Shown here: one piece after another, positions 14,582 through 24,647 of the stretch
Numbering within the stretch: position 1 is the first letter of the stretch
How the letters are laid out: each line of letters starts with the position of its first letter
Assembly: GCF_001643775.1 (NCBI RefSeq)
Contig: NZ_CP011402.1
Span: 1,364,432-1,396,431, forward strand
Direction of reading: 5' to 3'
DNA length: 32,000 bases
Source: Denitrobacterium detoxificans
GTDB lineage: Bacteria > Actinomycetota > Coriobacteriia > Coriobacteriales > Eggerthellaceae
The notes under the pieces: generated by a model
The model's input: the letters and a program-made list of their open reading frames with translations, nothing else
Databases searched by the model: none
Told to the model about the DNA's origin: nothing
Program-made: the position numbers and the translations under genes

Positions 14582-15081
14582 CTGGCATTTCTCCCAGGCG
14601 CTCGCTTTGCCGCTTCCAGGGCACGCAGTTTTTTTAGGTACGCCACCTCGGCCCTTAGCCTGCGGTTCTCCGCCTCCAGCTCCTGTTCGCGGCTCCTTGG
14701 TTCCGGAGGGTCACCCCCGTCTTTCCGCGGCCGCCCCTTCGGCTTGGGCCTCAGGGCCTCCGGACCGCCCTCGCGGTAGGCCTTCGCCCAATTCTTCAGC
14801 TGCGTCAGGTTCGCGATTCCGTGCTTGGACATGACCTCCTGCCTGGTCATGCCGAGGTCGACGAAGTCGCGCGCGGCGGCGAGCTTCGTCTCGTAGTCGT
14901 AACGCCTGTGCTTGGACCCCATGCCCAGAAACGCCTCCTTGCCTACCGCCCTGTACGTGTGGGTCCATTTTTCCGCAATGCTTATCGGTATGGCAAGCGC
15001 TGTCGAGAGCGACCCCTTGCCATATCCTCGGTCGATGAGCTCGACCGCCCTTGCTCTCGTCTCCAGGCTGTATCTCTTCAA
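14578..15081 (-). CDS. IS3 family transposase OrfA (HTH domain plus leucine zipper)
   Basis: 167-aa ORF with helix-turn-helix regions and a coiled-coil C-terminus (ELEAENRRLRAEVAYLKKLRALE) typical of IS3 OrfA. Confidence 0.9.
   Translation of the reverse strand: MKRYSLETRARAVELIDRGYGKGSLSTALAIPISIAEKWTHTYRAVGKEAFLGMGSKHRRYDYETKLAAARDFVDLGMTRQEVMSKHGIANLTQLKNWAKAYREGGPEALRPKPKGRPRKDGGDPPEPRSREQELEAENRRLRAEVAYLKKLRALEAAKRAPGRNAR
14629..14635 (-). promoter_or_regulatory. Programmed -1 ribosomal frameshift site (A AAA AAA C)
   Basis: Seven A residues on the minus strand within the orfA codons CTA AAA AAA. A -1 slip joins ...AYLKK to TACPGSGKASAWEKCQVIRELSGQGH... in the orfB frame. Confidence 0.6.
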
Positions 15082-15183
15082 AACGAAACTGCACCTCCCG
15101 AACTCGGACTTTCTTTTCCTAGTCCAAATTCGGGGGTGCAGTTCACGATTTCCTGGCTGCCCTTTTATCTGCGCACCACGAAA

Positions 15184-16164
15184 CTACTGCACGGGCTGAA
15201 CGGGAGCGTTCGCCGTCTCCCAGACGTTATAGGCGCTCACGATTTCCGAAACGAGCGAATGGCGCACGATATCGGTGCGCGAAAGCTCGCAGAATGCGAT
15301 GTCTGAAATGCCCTCCAAGATACCACGCACCTGCTTCAGTCCGGAAATGCCACGCGGCAGGTCGAGCTGCGTAACATCACCCGTCACCACCATCTTCGAG
15401 GCGAAACCCAAGCGCGTAAGGAACATCTTCATCTGCTGCGGCGTGGTGTTCTGCGCCTCGTCGAGCACGATGAAGCTGTTATCGAGCGTGCGGCCGCGCA
15501 TGTAGGCAAGCGGCACGATCTCGATGGTGCCGTCTTCCAGATACGCCTGCGCGCGCTGGGGATCCATCATCTCGAACAGAGCATCGTACAAGGGGCGAAT
15601 ATACGGGTCAATCTTCTCGTTCAGCGTGCCCGGCAAGAAGCCAAGGTTCTCGCCCGCTTCCACCACGGGACGCGAGAGAATAACGCGGCTGACCTCGTGC
15701 GAACGCAGTGCGCGAACGGCCATGGCCATGGCAAGATACGTCTTTCCCGTACCAGCAGGCCCAATACCAAAGGTGATGGTGTTCTTGCGAATGGCATCGA
15801 CGTAATGCTTCTGACCAGCCGTCTTGGGGCGAACGGAACGCCCACGATGCGAAAGCACCACGTCGTCACGCAAGGCACGCGGGGCGAATTCACCCGTGCG
15901 AAGCAATTCGATGGCATGCTTCACGTACGCGCGATTGGGCACGCCACCTTCGCGGACATACTGAAAAAGGTCGGTGAACAGCGAAGATACGGCGTCTACT
16001 TCGACCTGCTCGCCCGAGATGCGCACGCTATTTCCGCGCACGAGAATCTGGGCATGATAGCAATCTTCGATAAAGCGCAGAATGTCGTCTTGCGGACCCA
16101 CCACCTTTGCCATATCGACAGTGTCGGGGGCGGTAAGCGAAACGCTCGTTTCCATATCTGTCAT
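15184..16164 (-). CDS. phoH: PhoH family ATPase
   Basis: 326 aa, Walker A GPAGTGKTYLAMA, PhoH-like C-terminus. ATGA overlap with the mtaB stop. Confidence 0.93.
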   Translation of the reverse strand: MTDMETSVSLTAPDTVDMAKVVGPQDDILRFIEDCYHAQILVRGNSVRISGEQVEVDAVSSLFTDLFQYVREGGVPNRAYVKHAIELLRTGEFAPRALRDDVVLSHRGRSVRPKTAGQKHYVDAIRKNTITFGIGPAGTGKTYLAMAMAVRALRSHEVSRVILSRPVVEAGENLGFLPGTLNEKIDPYIRPLYDALFEMMDPQRAQAYLEDGTIEIVPLAYMRGRTLDNSFIVLDEAQNTTPQQMKMFLTRLGFASKMVVTGDVTQLDLPRGISGLKQVRGILEGISDIAFCELSRTDIVRHSLVSEIVSAYNVWETANAPVQPVQ

Positions 16165-17387
16165 ACGCTGAATACACCATTCTCGTCGACGGCTTGCAAT
16201 TCACAGGATACTAGACCGCTATCGGGAAAAGAACCATCAAGTTTCACCTGGTAATACGATTCGGTGGTACCAAGGCCGTTTTGCTCCACGAGTACAAACT
16301 CGCGGCTGCCCAGGCGCTTGCGGGCTTCCTGCATGCGCATTTCGTCGCCCAAGCGAGCAAGCTCATCGGCACGCTGCGCGGCGATGATGGGGTCAACCTG
16401 ATCGTCACGTTCCGCGGCGGGCGTACCCACGCGCCGCGAATAGCGGAAGACGTGAATCTTGCTGAACTGGCACAAACGCGCCACACGCAGCGTTTCCTGG
16501 AAGTCCTCGTCGGTTTCCCCGGGAAAGCCCACAATGATGTCGGTCGATAGCGAAAGCTCGGGGATGACCTGGCGCGCACGCTCCACGATGTCAAGGAAGC
16601 GCTCGGCAGAATACGGACGGGCCATCTGGCGCAGCACCCGCGTGCTGCCCGATTGCAGCGGAAGGTGCAGATGACGGCAGACCATGCCATCGGCCTCCGC
16701 AATAGCCTGCAACAGGTCGTCGGTTACATCGCGCGGCTCCACGCTGGAAATGCGAATGCGCACGCTGGGTACCTGTTCGCGCAAGGCACGGACGACGGTC
16801 GCCAACGTAGCGTCACCATCGTGATACGTGCCAAGATTGATGCCCGTGAGCACAATCTCGCGCGCACCAGCCGCGGCAAGCTTGCGCGCCTCGGCGACGC
16901 ATTCCGAAAGAGGCACCGACCAGGCACGGCCACGCGCCACATGGACGATGCAGTACGTGCAGGCATTGTTGCAGCCATCCTGGATCTTCAAGCCCACGCG
17001 AGAGGGAAAGCCCTCGCCGAAGCGCACATCGGATGCAGCAGGCACGATGGATTCGCGCGAAAGGCCACAGCATTCCAGGCACACGTCAACGACCTGGTTC
17101 TTCGGGACCACGATAACGCGTTCACTCATGGAGGCGAATTCATTCGCGTCGATGGCCGCCGCGCATCCGGTCACGATTACGTTGGCATTGGGATAATCGC
17201 GCAATTCGCGGCGCACGGCCTTGCGCGTCTTCTTTTCGGCCTCACCCGTAACGGTGCACGTGTTCACGATGACGCATTCCGGATCGCCGTCGGTAAGGGA
17301 AAACCCAAACGAGCGAAGATCGGCTGCGAATGCATCGGACTCAACGCGATTGACCTTGCAGCCTAGGTTAACGATGCGCGCCCTCAC
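16161..17387 (-). CDS. mtaB: tRNA t6A37 methylthiotransferase MtaB (MiaB-like radical SAM)
   Basis: N-terminal UPF0004 domain (NLGCKVNRVESD), radical SAM CNNACTYC, TRAM-like C-terminus. Start placed at GTG 17387 (VRARIVNLGC), overlapping the rsmE stop (GTGA). The ORF track extends to 17486. Confidence 0.86.
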   Translation of the reverse strand: MRARIVNLGCKVNRVESDAFAADLRSFGFSLTDGDPECVIVNTCTVTGEAEKKTRKAVRRELRDYPNANVIVTGCAAAIDANEFASMSERVIVVPKNQVVDVCLECCGLSRESIVPAASDVRFGEGFPSRVGLKIQDGCNNACTYCIVHVARGRAWSVPLSECVAEARKLAAAGAREIVLTGINLGTYHDGDATLATVVRALREQVPSVRIRISSVEPRDVTDDLLQAIAEADGMVCRHLHLPLQSGSTRVLRQMARPYSAERFLDIVERARQVIPELSLSTDIIVGFPGETDEDFQETLRVARLCQFSKIHVFRYSRRVGTPAAERDDQVDPIIAAQRADELARLGDEMRMQEARKRLGSREFVLVEQNGLGTTESYYQVKLDGSFPDSGLVSCELQAVDENGVFSV

Positions 17388-18163
17388 TGAAGGCCGCCCA
17401 GCTCGTAGATAACCAAGGCAGGCGCCACGATGCCAGCGGTTTCGGTACGCAGGATGCTCGACCCCAGCGTTACGGTGCTTGCGCACTGATTATGCTCGTG
17501 AAACAGCTGCACTTCCGCTTCGGTGAGCCCACCTTCGGGACCCACGACAACGGCAATGCGCGCATCGTTGCGACCGCACATGTTATGCGCCATGCCGCGC
17601 TCGATGGCAGCCCGTATGCCACCCTCGCGCGCTTCCTCCCAGCACACGATAACCGCCGTAGCGCCTGAAAGCGCCTCGGCCGCCTGCTTCACCGTAGCAG
17701 GCTCATGTATTTCGGGGATGGACATCTGCCCCGACTGCATGGCTGCGCTCTTGGCGATGGAACGCCAGCGAGCCAGTCGCTTCTGCTCCTTCTTGGCGTC
17801 AAGCTTTACAACGCTGCGGTCGCACACGAGCGGGATAAATGCCGAAACGCCAATCTCGGTGGCATGACGGATGACCGTCTCCATCTTGTCGGCCTTGGCA
17901 AGGCCCTGCAAAAGCACGACCTGCGGACCAGCAGCGGGAGCATGTTCATGCGCAGCGATGCGCACAGTAAATGGGTCGCCCGCCTGGACGATCTCGCATT
18001 CGAAGTAATCTTGCGTGGCATCGATGACGGCAATATGCTCGCCAGGAGCCAAGCGCAGCACACGGGCGTGCTTGGCGTCCTCGGCGGACAAACGAAGCGG
18101 AAACACCGCTTCGGTTTCGGATGAAAGTACCTGGTCGTCCAGGAAGAACCGGGGCAGACTCAT
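17384..18163 (-). CDS. rsmE: 16S rRNA (uracil1498-N3)-methyltransferase RsmE
   Basis: 259 aa. Has the MSLPRFF... start typical of RsmE and a C-terminal SPOUT motif (GPEGGLTEAE...LGSSILRTETA). Confidence 0.9.
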   Translation of the reverse strand: MSLPRFFLDDQVLSSETEAVFPLRLSAEDAKHARVLRLAPGEHIAVIDATQDYFECEIVQAGDPFTVRIAAHEHAPAAGPQVVLLQGLAKADKMETVIRHATEIGVSAFIPLVCDRSVVKLDAKKEQKRLARWRSIAKSAAMQSGQMSIPEIHEPATVKQAAEALSGATAVIVCWEEAREGGIRAAIERGMAHNMCGRNDARIAVVVGPEGGLTEAEVQLFHEHNQCASTVTLGSSILRTETAGIVAPALVIYELGGLQ

Positions 18164-18169
18164 GGGACC

Positions 18170-19297
18170 CTAGTTGAACGCGTCTTTGATCTTCTGGAAG
18201 GGCGTGCGTTCTTCAGCATACTCCTCGCCCATTTCCTTCGCCAGCTCTTCCAGAAGCTCGCGCTCGCGCTTGGAAAGCTTCTTGGGAACAACTACGCTGA
18301 CATGGGTAAACAAATCGCCACGAGCATCGCTCTTGAAGCGCGGCATACCATAGCCGCGCACGCGGACCACCTGCTCATTCTGGCAACCAGCCGGAATGGA
18401 CACGGTAACCTTCTCGTCTTCCATGATGCCCTCGACCTCGATGTCGGCACCCAGGCACGCCTGAACGATGGAAACGTTCACGCGCGTATGCAGGTTGTCG
18501 CCATCGCGCTGGAAGAAATCATGCGGCATGATACGGCACGTAACGATGAGATCGCCCGCAGCAGCACCGCGCATGCCCGCTTCGCCGTAACCGGAAAGAC
18601 GCAGCTGCTGGCCATCGCGAATGCCCACGGGCACTTCCACGGAAATGCGCTGACGATCGGGGACGCGGCCCTGACCATCGCATTCGGTGCAGGGGTTCTC
18701 GATGGTCTGGCCCGTACCGCCGCACGTGGGGCACGTAGTAGCCGTTTGCATGTCGCCCAGGAAGGTGCGCTGCACGGTAACCACGCGGCCCTGGCCATGG
18801 CACTCGGGGCACGTGACTTCCTTGCCGTTTTCACCCAGGCCACTGCCACCGCACTCGGGACACGGAGCAAGGCGGTCGTAAATGATCTCCTTCTTTACGC
18901 CCGCGGCGACTTCCTCGAGCGTAAGGCGCAGACCCACGCCCATGTCGCGACCCTCGCGGCGCACGCGCGCACCGCCACCGCCCATGCCGCCTCCGAAGAA
19001 GCTGCTGAACAGATCACCCATGCCAAAGCCGCCACCAAAGATGTCGTCGAAATCCACGTAGGGCTGGCCACCGCCGCTGGCGCCGGGGATGGTGCCAAAG
19101 CGGTCGTACTGAGCGCGCTTGTTAGCGTCGGAAAGGACATCGTACGCCTCGTTGAGTTCCTTGAACTGGTCTTCGGCATCTTCCGCTTTGTTCACGTCGG
19201 GGTGAAGCTGGCGTGCCTTACGACGAAAAGCCTTCTTAATCTCATCGTCCGTCGCCGTCTTCTCGACGCCGAGTACCTCGTAGAGATCCCTTGCCAT
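18170..19297 (-). CDS. dnaJ: Molecular chaperone DnaJ
   Basis: J domain with HPD, G/F-rich linker, four CxxCxGxG zinc repeats. Confidence 0.96.
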   Translation of the reverse strand: MARDLYEVLGVEKTATDDEIKKAFRRKARQLHPDVNKAEDAEDQFKELNEAYDVLSDANKRAQYDRFGTIPGASGGGQPYVDFDDIFGGGFGMGDLFSSFFGGGMGGGGARVRREGRDMGVGLRLTLEEVAAGVKKEIIYDRLAPCPECGGSGLGENGKEVTCPECHGQGRVVTVQRTFLGDMQTATTCPTCGGTGQTIENPCTECDGQGRVPDRQRISVEVPVGIRDGQQLRLSGYGEAGMRGAAAGDLIVTCRIMPHDFFQRDGDNLHTRVNVSIVQACLGADIEVEGIMEDEKVTVSIPAGCQNEQVVRVRGYGMPRFKSDARGDLFTHVSVVVPKKLSKRERELLEELAKEMGEEYAEERTPFQKIKDAFN

Positions 19298-19340
19298 AAA
19301 GCTGTTGCCTTTCCTTTCTTACGCTACAAGCGCCAATGCG

Positions 19341-20351
19341 CTATTCGTCTCCCAGGGCGCGTCGCGCAACGTTTACCGCGCGAATGACCTGGGCATAATC
19401 CATTCTTGTAGGGCCAATGACCGCCACCACGCCCTCGCTGGCGCCGCGGCCATAGCGCCCGGCGATAACCGATACGCCCGAAAGCTGCGACGGCGCATTT
19501 TCGTGCCCGATACGCACCGACGTAGAATCGGCGGGCGAATCCTTCAGGATCTGCATGAGCACGGTATCGTCTTCCAGCACCTCGAGCACGGGCATGAGGT
19601 TCTGCGCGCGTTCGAATTCGGGCTGCTTGACCATAGTGGAAAGCCCCAAACGGCGTGCATGGCCCGTATCGCCCTCGCGCAAGCACGCGAGCACTTCCTC
19701 GAACAGCACGGAAACGAGTGGCGAATGGAGCAGCTCGGCGGTTTCCTCGTCGAAATCGGCGCGGATTTCCGCAAGCCCCCTGCCCGCGAACACGCGGTTG
19801 AGCACTTCCTGGGCGTGCGCCAAATCGAGGGAATCGACCTCGTCAACGAACTCGATATGCCTGTTCAGCACCTGGCCGTCTTCGGTGACGATGATGGCCA
19901 GCACGCGGTTGGGCGTAAGCGAGACGAACGTGATCTGCTTGATGTCGAGCCGAAGGGTGCTAGGCGGCAGCACGATGGTGAGGTTATTCGTGAAGCGCGC
20001 GAGCGCCGCGGTGGTCTTCTCAATAAGGTCGTCGAGCTCGGAAGCGCTATCGCGCAGGTTGTCGGCCGCGCGGCGCGCATCTTCGTCGAGTTCCTGACCC
20101 GCAAACTGGGTCTTCAACAGGTCGTCCACGAAGGACCGGTAGCCGATATCAGTGGGAATGCGCCCCGCCGAGGTATGCGGCTGCGTAATATAGCCATCGT
20201 CTTCCAGAACCGAAAGCTCGTTGCGCACCGTGGCTGAGCTGACGCCGAGGTTGTAGTTTTCGACCAGCGTACGCGAGCCAACGGGCAGCGCTCGGGAAAC
20301 GTATTCCTCGATAAGCGCAGCTAGAACGCGCTGTCGTCTATCCGAAAGCAT
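19341..20351 (-). CDS. hrcA: Heat-inducible transcriptional repressor HrcA
   Basis: 336 aa, with winged-helix N-terminus LSDRRQRVLAALIEEY...PVGSRTL and an HrcA C-terminal domain. hrcA-dnaJ operon as in Actinobacteria. Confidence 0.93.
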   Translation of the reverse strand: MLSDRRQRVLAALIEEYVSRALPVGSRTLVENYNLGVSSATVRNELSVLEDDGYITQPHTSAGRIPTDIGYRSFVDDLLKTQFAGQELDEDARRAADNLRDSASELDDLIEKTTAALARFTNNLTIVLPPSTLRLDIKQITFVSLTPNRVLAIIVTEDGQVLNRHIEFVDEVDSLDLAHAQEVLNRVFAGRGLAEIRADFDEETAELLHSPLVSVLFEEVLACLREGDTGHARRLGLSTMVKQPEFERAQNLMPVLEVLEDDTVLMQILKDSPADSTSVRIGHENAPSQLSGVSVIAGRYGRGASEGVVAVIGPTRMDYAQVIRAVNVARRALGDE

Positions 20352-20380
20352 GGCCCTCCTTTCGCGTAACCGGCCGTTTG

Positions 20381-20404
20381 AAAAAGCCCACCTGAAGGCG
20401 GGCT
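20381..20404 (-). terminator. Intrinsic terminator-like hairpin in the hemW-hrcA spacer
   Basis: Minus strand is AGCCCGCC-ttca-GGTGGGCT followed by TTTTT, ending 30 nt upstream of the hrcA ATG. Confidence 0.5.
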
Positions 20405-20547
20405 GTTCGTTACCACCAGAGCATTCTAGCAGCCGCGCCCTTCAAGTGCTAAAACGACACCAATCTGTCACAGTGAACCCACGTGTGAATGGGCAAAACG
20501 CGTGAAATGAGAAACGGATTGGCAGCGAGGAAACGATCAGCTGACGC

Positions 20548-21657
20548 CTAGGGCGCGACATCGAAGATGGCGCCATAGAGCTCGTTGCCGCAGAGCCAGC
20601 CACGCTCGGTGGGCTGCCAGCGATCATCGCAATGCCGCACGAGACCACGTTCGACCAGGCCTTCCATGACCTCACGGAGTTCGGGCGCGAGCTCGCACGC
20701 ACGGGAAAGCGTTTCCTCGGAAACACCCTGGCTCATGCGCATGCCGAGCATGACGTCCTCCACGCGCATTTGGCGCGCATCCAGATCGTCGGTGATTACG
20801 TCGTCTTGCTTGCGCATGCGCCGTTGCGCATTTTGCGTCATAGTAGCCGCGGAAGGGCCTATGCCCAGATACGGCTTACCGGTCCAATAGGCGGTATTGT
20901 GCCTGCTCTGGAAGCCAGGTTTTGCATAGTTCGCCACTTCGTAGCGCTCGAAGCCCGCCTGAGCCAGCTCCTGCGCGGCAATGCGCATATGCTCGGCTTC
21001 GACGTCGTCATCGGGCTCGGGCATCGCGCCGCGCGAAACAAGCTCGTCGAAGGGCGTTCCCGGCTCAATGGCAAGGGGATACACGCTCACGTGCGTGACG
21101 CCCAATTCGATGGCGGTTCGCAGGCTCTGCCGAAAGCTTTCGGCGCTCTGGCCGGGAATGCCGCACATCAGGTCGACACTCACGTTCTGGAACCTGCCAT
21201 GCGCGATTTCAACGGCACGTCGAGCCGCCTGCGCGTCATGCACGCGCCCCAACGTGCGCAGCACGTTATCGTCGAAGCTCTGCACGCCAATGGAAAGGCG
21301 GTTCACGCCTAGCGCCCACAGGTCGTTCACCATGCGCTCGGTAAGGCTGTCGGGGTTCGCCTCCATGGTGCATTCCACCTGGTCAGTAAGGTGCATGGAA
21401 AGACCGAGAATGTACATGATCTCGGTGAGGGCGCCCAAGCCAATATACGAAGGGGTGCCACCGCCCAAATACACCGTTTCCACCTGGGAGAGAAGCCCCT
21501 GCTTGCCGGCGCGGCGGATTTCCAGAATGACATGGTCGACGTACTCGCGTATGAGCGGAGAGCTTGGGTCGACCGCTTGCGTGGCGAAGTCGCAATAGCG
21601 GCAACGCTGCTTGCAGAAGGGCACGTGGATGTAGAGCGCTTTGTACGGGTCGTGCAT
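20548..21657 (-). CDS. hemW: Radical SAM heme chaperone HemW (HemN-like coproporphyrinogen oxidase family)
   Basis: 369 aa, YIHVPFCKQRCRYCDF radical SAM motif, HemN C-terminal domain. Confidence 0.9.
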   Translation of the reverse strand: MHDPYKALYIHVPFCKQRCRYCDFATQAVDPSSPLIREYVDHVILEIRRAGKQGLLSQVETVYLGGGTPSYIGLGALTEIMYILGLSMHLTDQVECTMEANPDSLTERMVNDLWALGVNRLSIGVQSFDDNVLRTLGRVHDAQAARRAVEIAHGRFQNVSVDLMCGIPGQSAESFRQSLRTAIELGVTHVSVYPLAIEPGTPFDELVSRGAMPEPDDDVEAEHMRIAAQELAQAGFERYEVANYAKPGFQSRHNTAYWTGKPYLGIGPSAATMTQNAQRRMRKQDDVITDDLDARQMRVEDVMLGMRMSQGVSEETLSRACELAPELREVMEGLVERGLVRHCDDRWQPTERGWLCGNELYGAIFDVAP

Positions 21658-22635
21658 CTAGCAACCCTTCAGATGCTGTTCTAGCTGGTCGAAGGCGAGA
21701 TCGTACTCCTCGATCGTCTTGCAGGCGTTCAGCATGCCGCGTGCGGCAGAGGCACCATCAAGCCCCTTGCAATACCAGCTGCCCTGCTTGCGCATGCGCA
21801 CGAGCGCACGCGGTTCCCATTCGTAGAGCAAATGAGCATGTCGGCGCGCCATTTCCACGCGCTGCAACGGCGTAGGCCCTTCGGGAGCTGGACGGCCCTC
21901 TAGAGCAGCGCGGATCTCGGCGAAGACCCACGGATTGCCCCGCGCCGCACGCGCCACGAGCACGGCCTCGCAGCCCGTTTGCTCCATCATGGCAAGGGCG
22001 CTTGCCCCACTGACCACATCGCCATTGCCCACAACGGGAATGGAAACGGAGCGCACCACGCGCTCGATTACGCCCCAATCGGCCTGGCCATGGTACATTT
22101 GCGCAGCGTATCGACCATGCACGGTAACCGCGCAGGCACCCGCCTGCTCCATGCGGCGGGCGAATTCGGGGGCCGTTTCGTTGTCGATTTCATAACCGCG
22201 ACGGAACTTCACGGTTACCGGAACGCTAGAAGCGGCAACCACCGCAGAAACGATGCGTTCGGCAAGTTCGGGGCTCTTCATGAGGGCACTGCCATCGCCC
22301 TTGGTAACGAGCTTGCGCACGGGACAACCCATGTTGATGTCGATGACGGCAAGCTTCTCCCCCACCGTCTCGCACAGACGCGAAGCCTGACCAGCCATGA
22401 CCTCGGGCTCGTGGCCAAAGATCTGCACACCCACAATGTCTTCGTTGGGGGCCATTTCCAAAAGGTCTTCCGTACGCTCGTTGCCATGCGAAAGGCCCTT
22501 CGCGCTTACCATTTCGGTAAACGTAAGTTGCGCGCCCTGTTCGATGCAAAGCTGGCGCATAACGCGATCGCTCACGCCGGCAAGCGGGGCGAGCATAACG
22601 CGATGAGAACGTAGGAATTCGCGATAGCTGGGCAT
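21658..22635 (-). CDS. dus: tRNA-dihydrouridine synthase
   Basis: Dus family TIM barrel (LAPLAGVSD...INMGCPVRK...). Start taken at ATG 22635, just after the upstream small ORF stop. Confidence 0.88.
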   Translation of the reverse strand: MPSYREFLRSHRVMLAPLAGVSDRVMRQLCIEQGAQLTFTEMVSAKGLSHGNERTEDLLEMAPNEDIVGVQIFGHEPEVMAGQASRLCETVGEKLAVIDINMGCPVRKLVTKGDGSALMKSPELAERIVSAVVAASSVPVTVKFRRGYEIDNETAPEFARRMEQAGACAVTVHGRYAAQMYHGQADWGVIERVVRSVSIPVVGNGDVVSGASALAMMEQTGCEAVLVARAARGNPWVFAEIRAALEGRPAPEGPTPLQRVEMARRHAHLLYEWEPRALVRMRKQGSWYCKGLDGASAARGMLNACKTIEEYDLAFDQLEQHLKGC

Positions 22636-22639
22636 GGCG

Positions 22640-22834
22640 CTAGGACAGGCTGCCAACGGCACTGGCAAGCCCAAGCGTCATGAATACCGCCAGAACGAGC
22701 AGGACCACGAGAACGCCTACGCAACCCAGCACCACGGCGAGCTTGCTACCGCCGCTCATGCCAGCCTTGACCTGGGCGTTTTTCTTCTCGTCGAACGGAT
22801 CGTCGAGCCAATCGTACTGTTCCTTGCGCGCCAT
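22640..22834 (-). CDS. Small membrane protein (64 aa, one TM helix)
   Basis: Its ATG overlaps the lepA stop (TAATG coupling). Has a charged N-terminus followed by a hydrophobic helix. Confidence 0.5.
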   Translation of the reverse strand: MARKEQYDWLDDPFDEKKNAQVKAGMSGGSKLAVVLGCVGVLVVLLVLAVFMTLGLASAVGSLS

Positions 22835-24639
22835 TAGTCATCCACCTTCAAAATAGCCATGAATGCCTCTTGCGGCACTTCGACGCTGCCAATGTTCTTC
22901 ATGCGCTTCTTACCGCGCTTCTGCGCTTCCAACAGCTTACGCTTACGGCTGATGTCGCCACCATAGCACTTGGCCAAAACGTCCTTGCGCTTGGCCTTGA
23001 CCGTCTGACGAGCCAAAACGCGCCCGCCCACGGCAGCCTGAATGGGCACCTCGAACATCTGGCGCGGAATGATTTCTTTTAGCTTGTCGCACAGCACCTT
23101 GCCACGGTCGTACGCCTTGTCGCGATGCACGATGAACGACAGCGCGTCGACGGGTTTGCCCGAAAGCAGGATGTCGAGCTTCACCAGGCGACTGGGCTTG
23201 TAGCCATCGAACTCGTAATCGAGCGAAGCGTAGCCCTTCGTGTTGCTCTTCAGCTTGTCGAAGTAATCGAGGATGAGCTCGGAAAGCGGAAGCTCCCAGA
23301 TCATCTCGACCGTCTGCTGCGAAAGGTAGTTCATGGTGACGAACGTGCCACGACGCGCGACGGTAAGATCCATGACAGCGCCCACATAGTCGGGCGGAAT
23401 GAGGATCTTCGCTTTCAGGTACGGCTCTTCCACATGCTCGATTTCGCCCGGATCGGGCATGTCCTGCGGCGAATGCAGGCTGATCATTTCGCCGTTCGTC
23501 TTGTACACGTGGTATTCCACGCTGGGCGCAGTGGCCAGAAGGTCTAGGTCGAACTCGCGCTCCAGGCGCTCCTTCACGACCTCCATGTGCAGCAGGCCCA
23601 AAAAGCCCACGCGGAAGCCGAAGCCGAGCGCGTGGCTGGTTTCAGGTTCGTAGCGCAGAGCGGGGTCGTTCAGCGAGAGCTTGTCGAGGGCATCGCGCAG
23701 ATCGGGGTACTGGTCGCTGTCGATGGGGAACAAGCCTGTGTAGACCATGGGCTTCGCGTCGCGATAGCCCGGCAAGGGCTCTTCCACGCCGCCGGATACG
23801 AGCGTGACGGTATCGCCCACCTTCACCATGGACGTGTCCTTCAGACCCGTGACCAGGTAACCTACTTCACCCACGGAAAGCGAGTCGGCGGCAACTTCCG
23901 CCGGGCGACGTACGCCCACTTCCTCGACATGCGTGGTTGCGCCCGTGGCCATCATGCGGATGCGATCGCCCTTGCGCATGGTGCCGTCGACGATGCGCAC
24001 CAAGGCAACCACGCCGCGGTAAGCATCGAAGTACGAGTCGAAGATAAGCGCGCGCAGCGGTGCGTTCGCATCGCCCGTAGGCGCGGGGATGTTGTAGACC
24101 ACCGATTCCAGCAAGTCGTGCACGCCAACGCCCGTCTTGCCACTGGCAAGCACCGCGTCGTCGGCCGGGATGGCCAGCGCGTCTTCGATTTCACCGCGCA
24201 CGCGTTCCGGCTCGGCGGAAGGCAGGTCGATCTTGTTGATCAGCGGGATAATTTCCAGATTGGCATTCATGGCCATCATGGCATTGGCCACCGTTTGCGC
24301 TTCCACGCCCTGGGTGGCGTCCACCACCAGCACGGCGCCTTCGCATGCAGCCAGACTGCGGGAGACTTCGTACGTAAAGTCGACGTGACCTGGGGTGTCG
24401 ATAAGGTTGAAGTGGTAGACCTGCCCGTCATCGGCGGTATAGTCCACGCGCACGGCCTGGCTCTTGATGGTAATGCCGCGTTCGCGCTCGATGTCCATGG
24501 AATCGAGCAGCTGCTCCTGCATGTCGCGCTGGGCCACCGTGCCCGTCATTTCCAGAATGCGGTCGGAAATGGTGGACTTGCCGTGGTCGATATGCGCGAT
24601 GATGCTGAAGTTTCGTATGTAATTAGGATCTATGCTCAT
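22834..24639 (-). CDS. lepA: Translation elongation factor 4 (LepA)
   Basis: 601 aa, [17 protein letters not shown]1 motif, LepA C-terminal domain. Confidence 0.97.
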   Translation of the reverse strand: MSIDPNYIRNFSIIAHIDHGKSTISDRILEMTGTVAQRDMQEQLLDSMDIERERGITIKSQAVRVDYTADDGQVYHFNLIDTPGHVDFTYEVSRSLAACEGAVLVVDATQGVEAQTVANAMMAMNANLEIIPLINKIDLPSAEPERVRGEIEDALAIPADDAVLASGKTGVGVHDLLESVVYNIPAPTGDANAPLRALIFDSYFDAYRGVVALVRIVDGTMRKGDRIRMMATGATTHVEEVGVRRPAEVAADSLSVGEVGYLVTGLKDTSMVKVGDTVTLVSGGVEEPLPGYRDAKPMVYTGLFPIDSDQYPDLRDALDKLSLNDPALRYEPETSHALGFGFRVGFLGLLHMEVVKERLEREFDLDLLATAPSVEYHVYKTNGEMISLHSPQDMPDPGEIEHVEEPYLKAKILIPPDYVGAVMDLTVARRGTFVTMNYLSQQTVEMIWELPLSELILDYFDKLKSNTKGYASLDYEFDGYKPSRLVKLDILLSGKPVDALSFIVHRDKAYDRGKVLCDKLKEIIPRQMFEVPIQAAVGGRVLARQTVKAKRKDVLAKCYGGDISRKRKLLEAQKRGKKRMKNIGSVEVPQEAFMAILKVDD

Positions 24640-24647
24640 GCATAGAA

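Larger units (their letters stand above)
13685..15145 (-). mobile_element. IS3-family insertion sequence (1461 bp) with TG...CA ends and a 3-bp target-site duplication
   Basis: Inverted ends are TGAACTGCGCCCCAAAACTTGGAC (13685-) and the reverse complement of ...GTCCAAATTCGGGGGTGCAGTTCA (ending 15145). CGA is duplicated at 13682-13684 and 15146-15148. Has the orfA/orfB architecture. Confidence 0.88.

Noticed and set aside
20426-20452. CIRCE operator as a confident feature
   Set aside because: One half-site matches 8/9 but the other only 6/9, and the two halves match each other as an inverted repeat at only 5/9. It is reported only as a weak observation in a finding.
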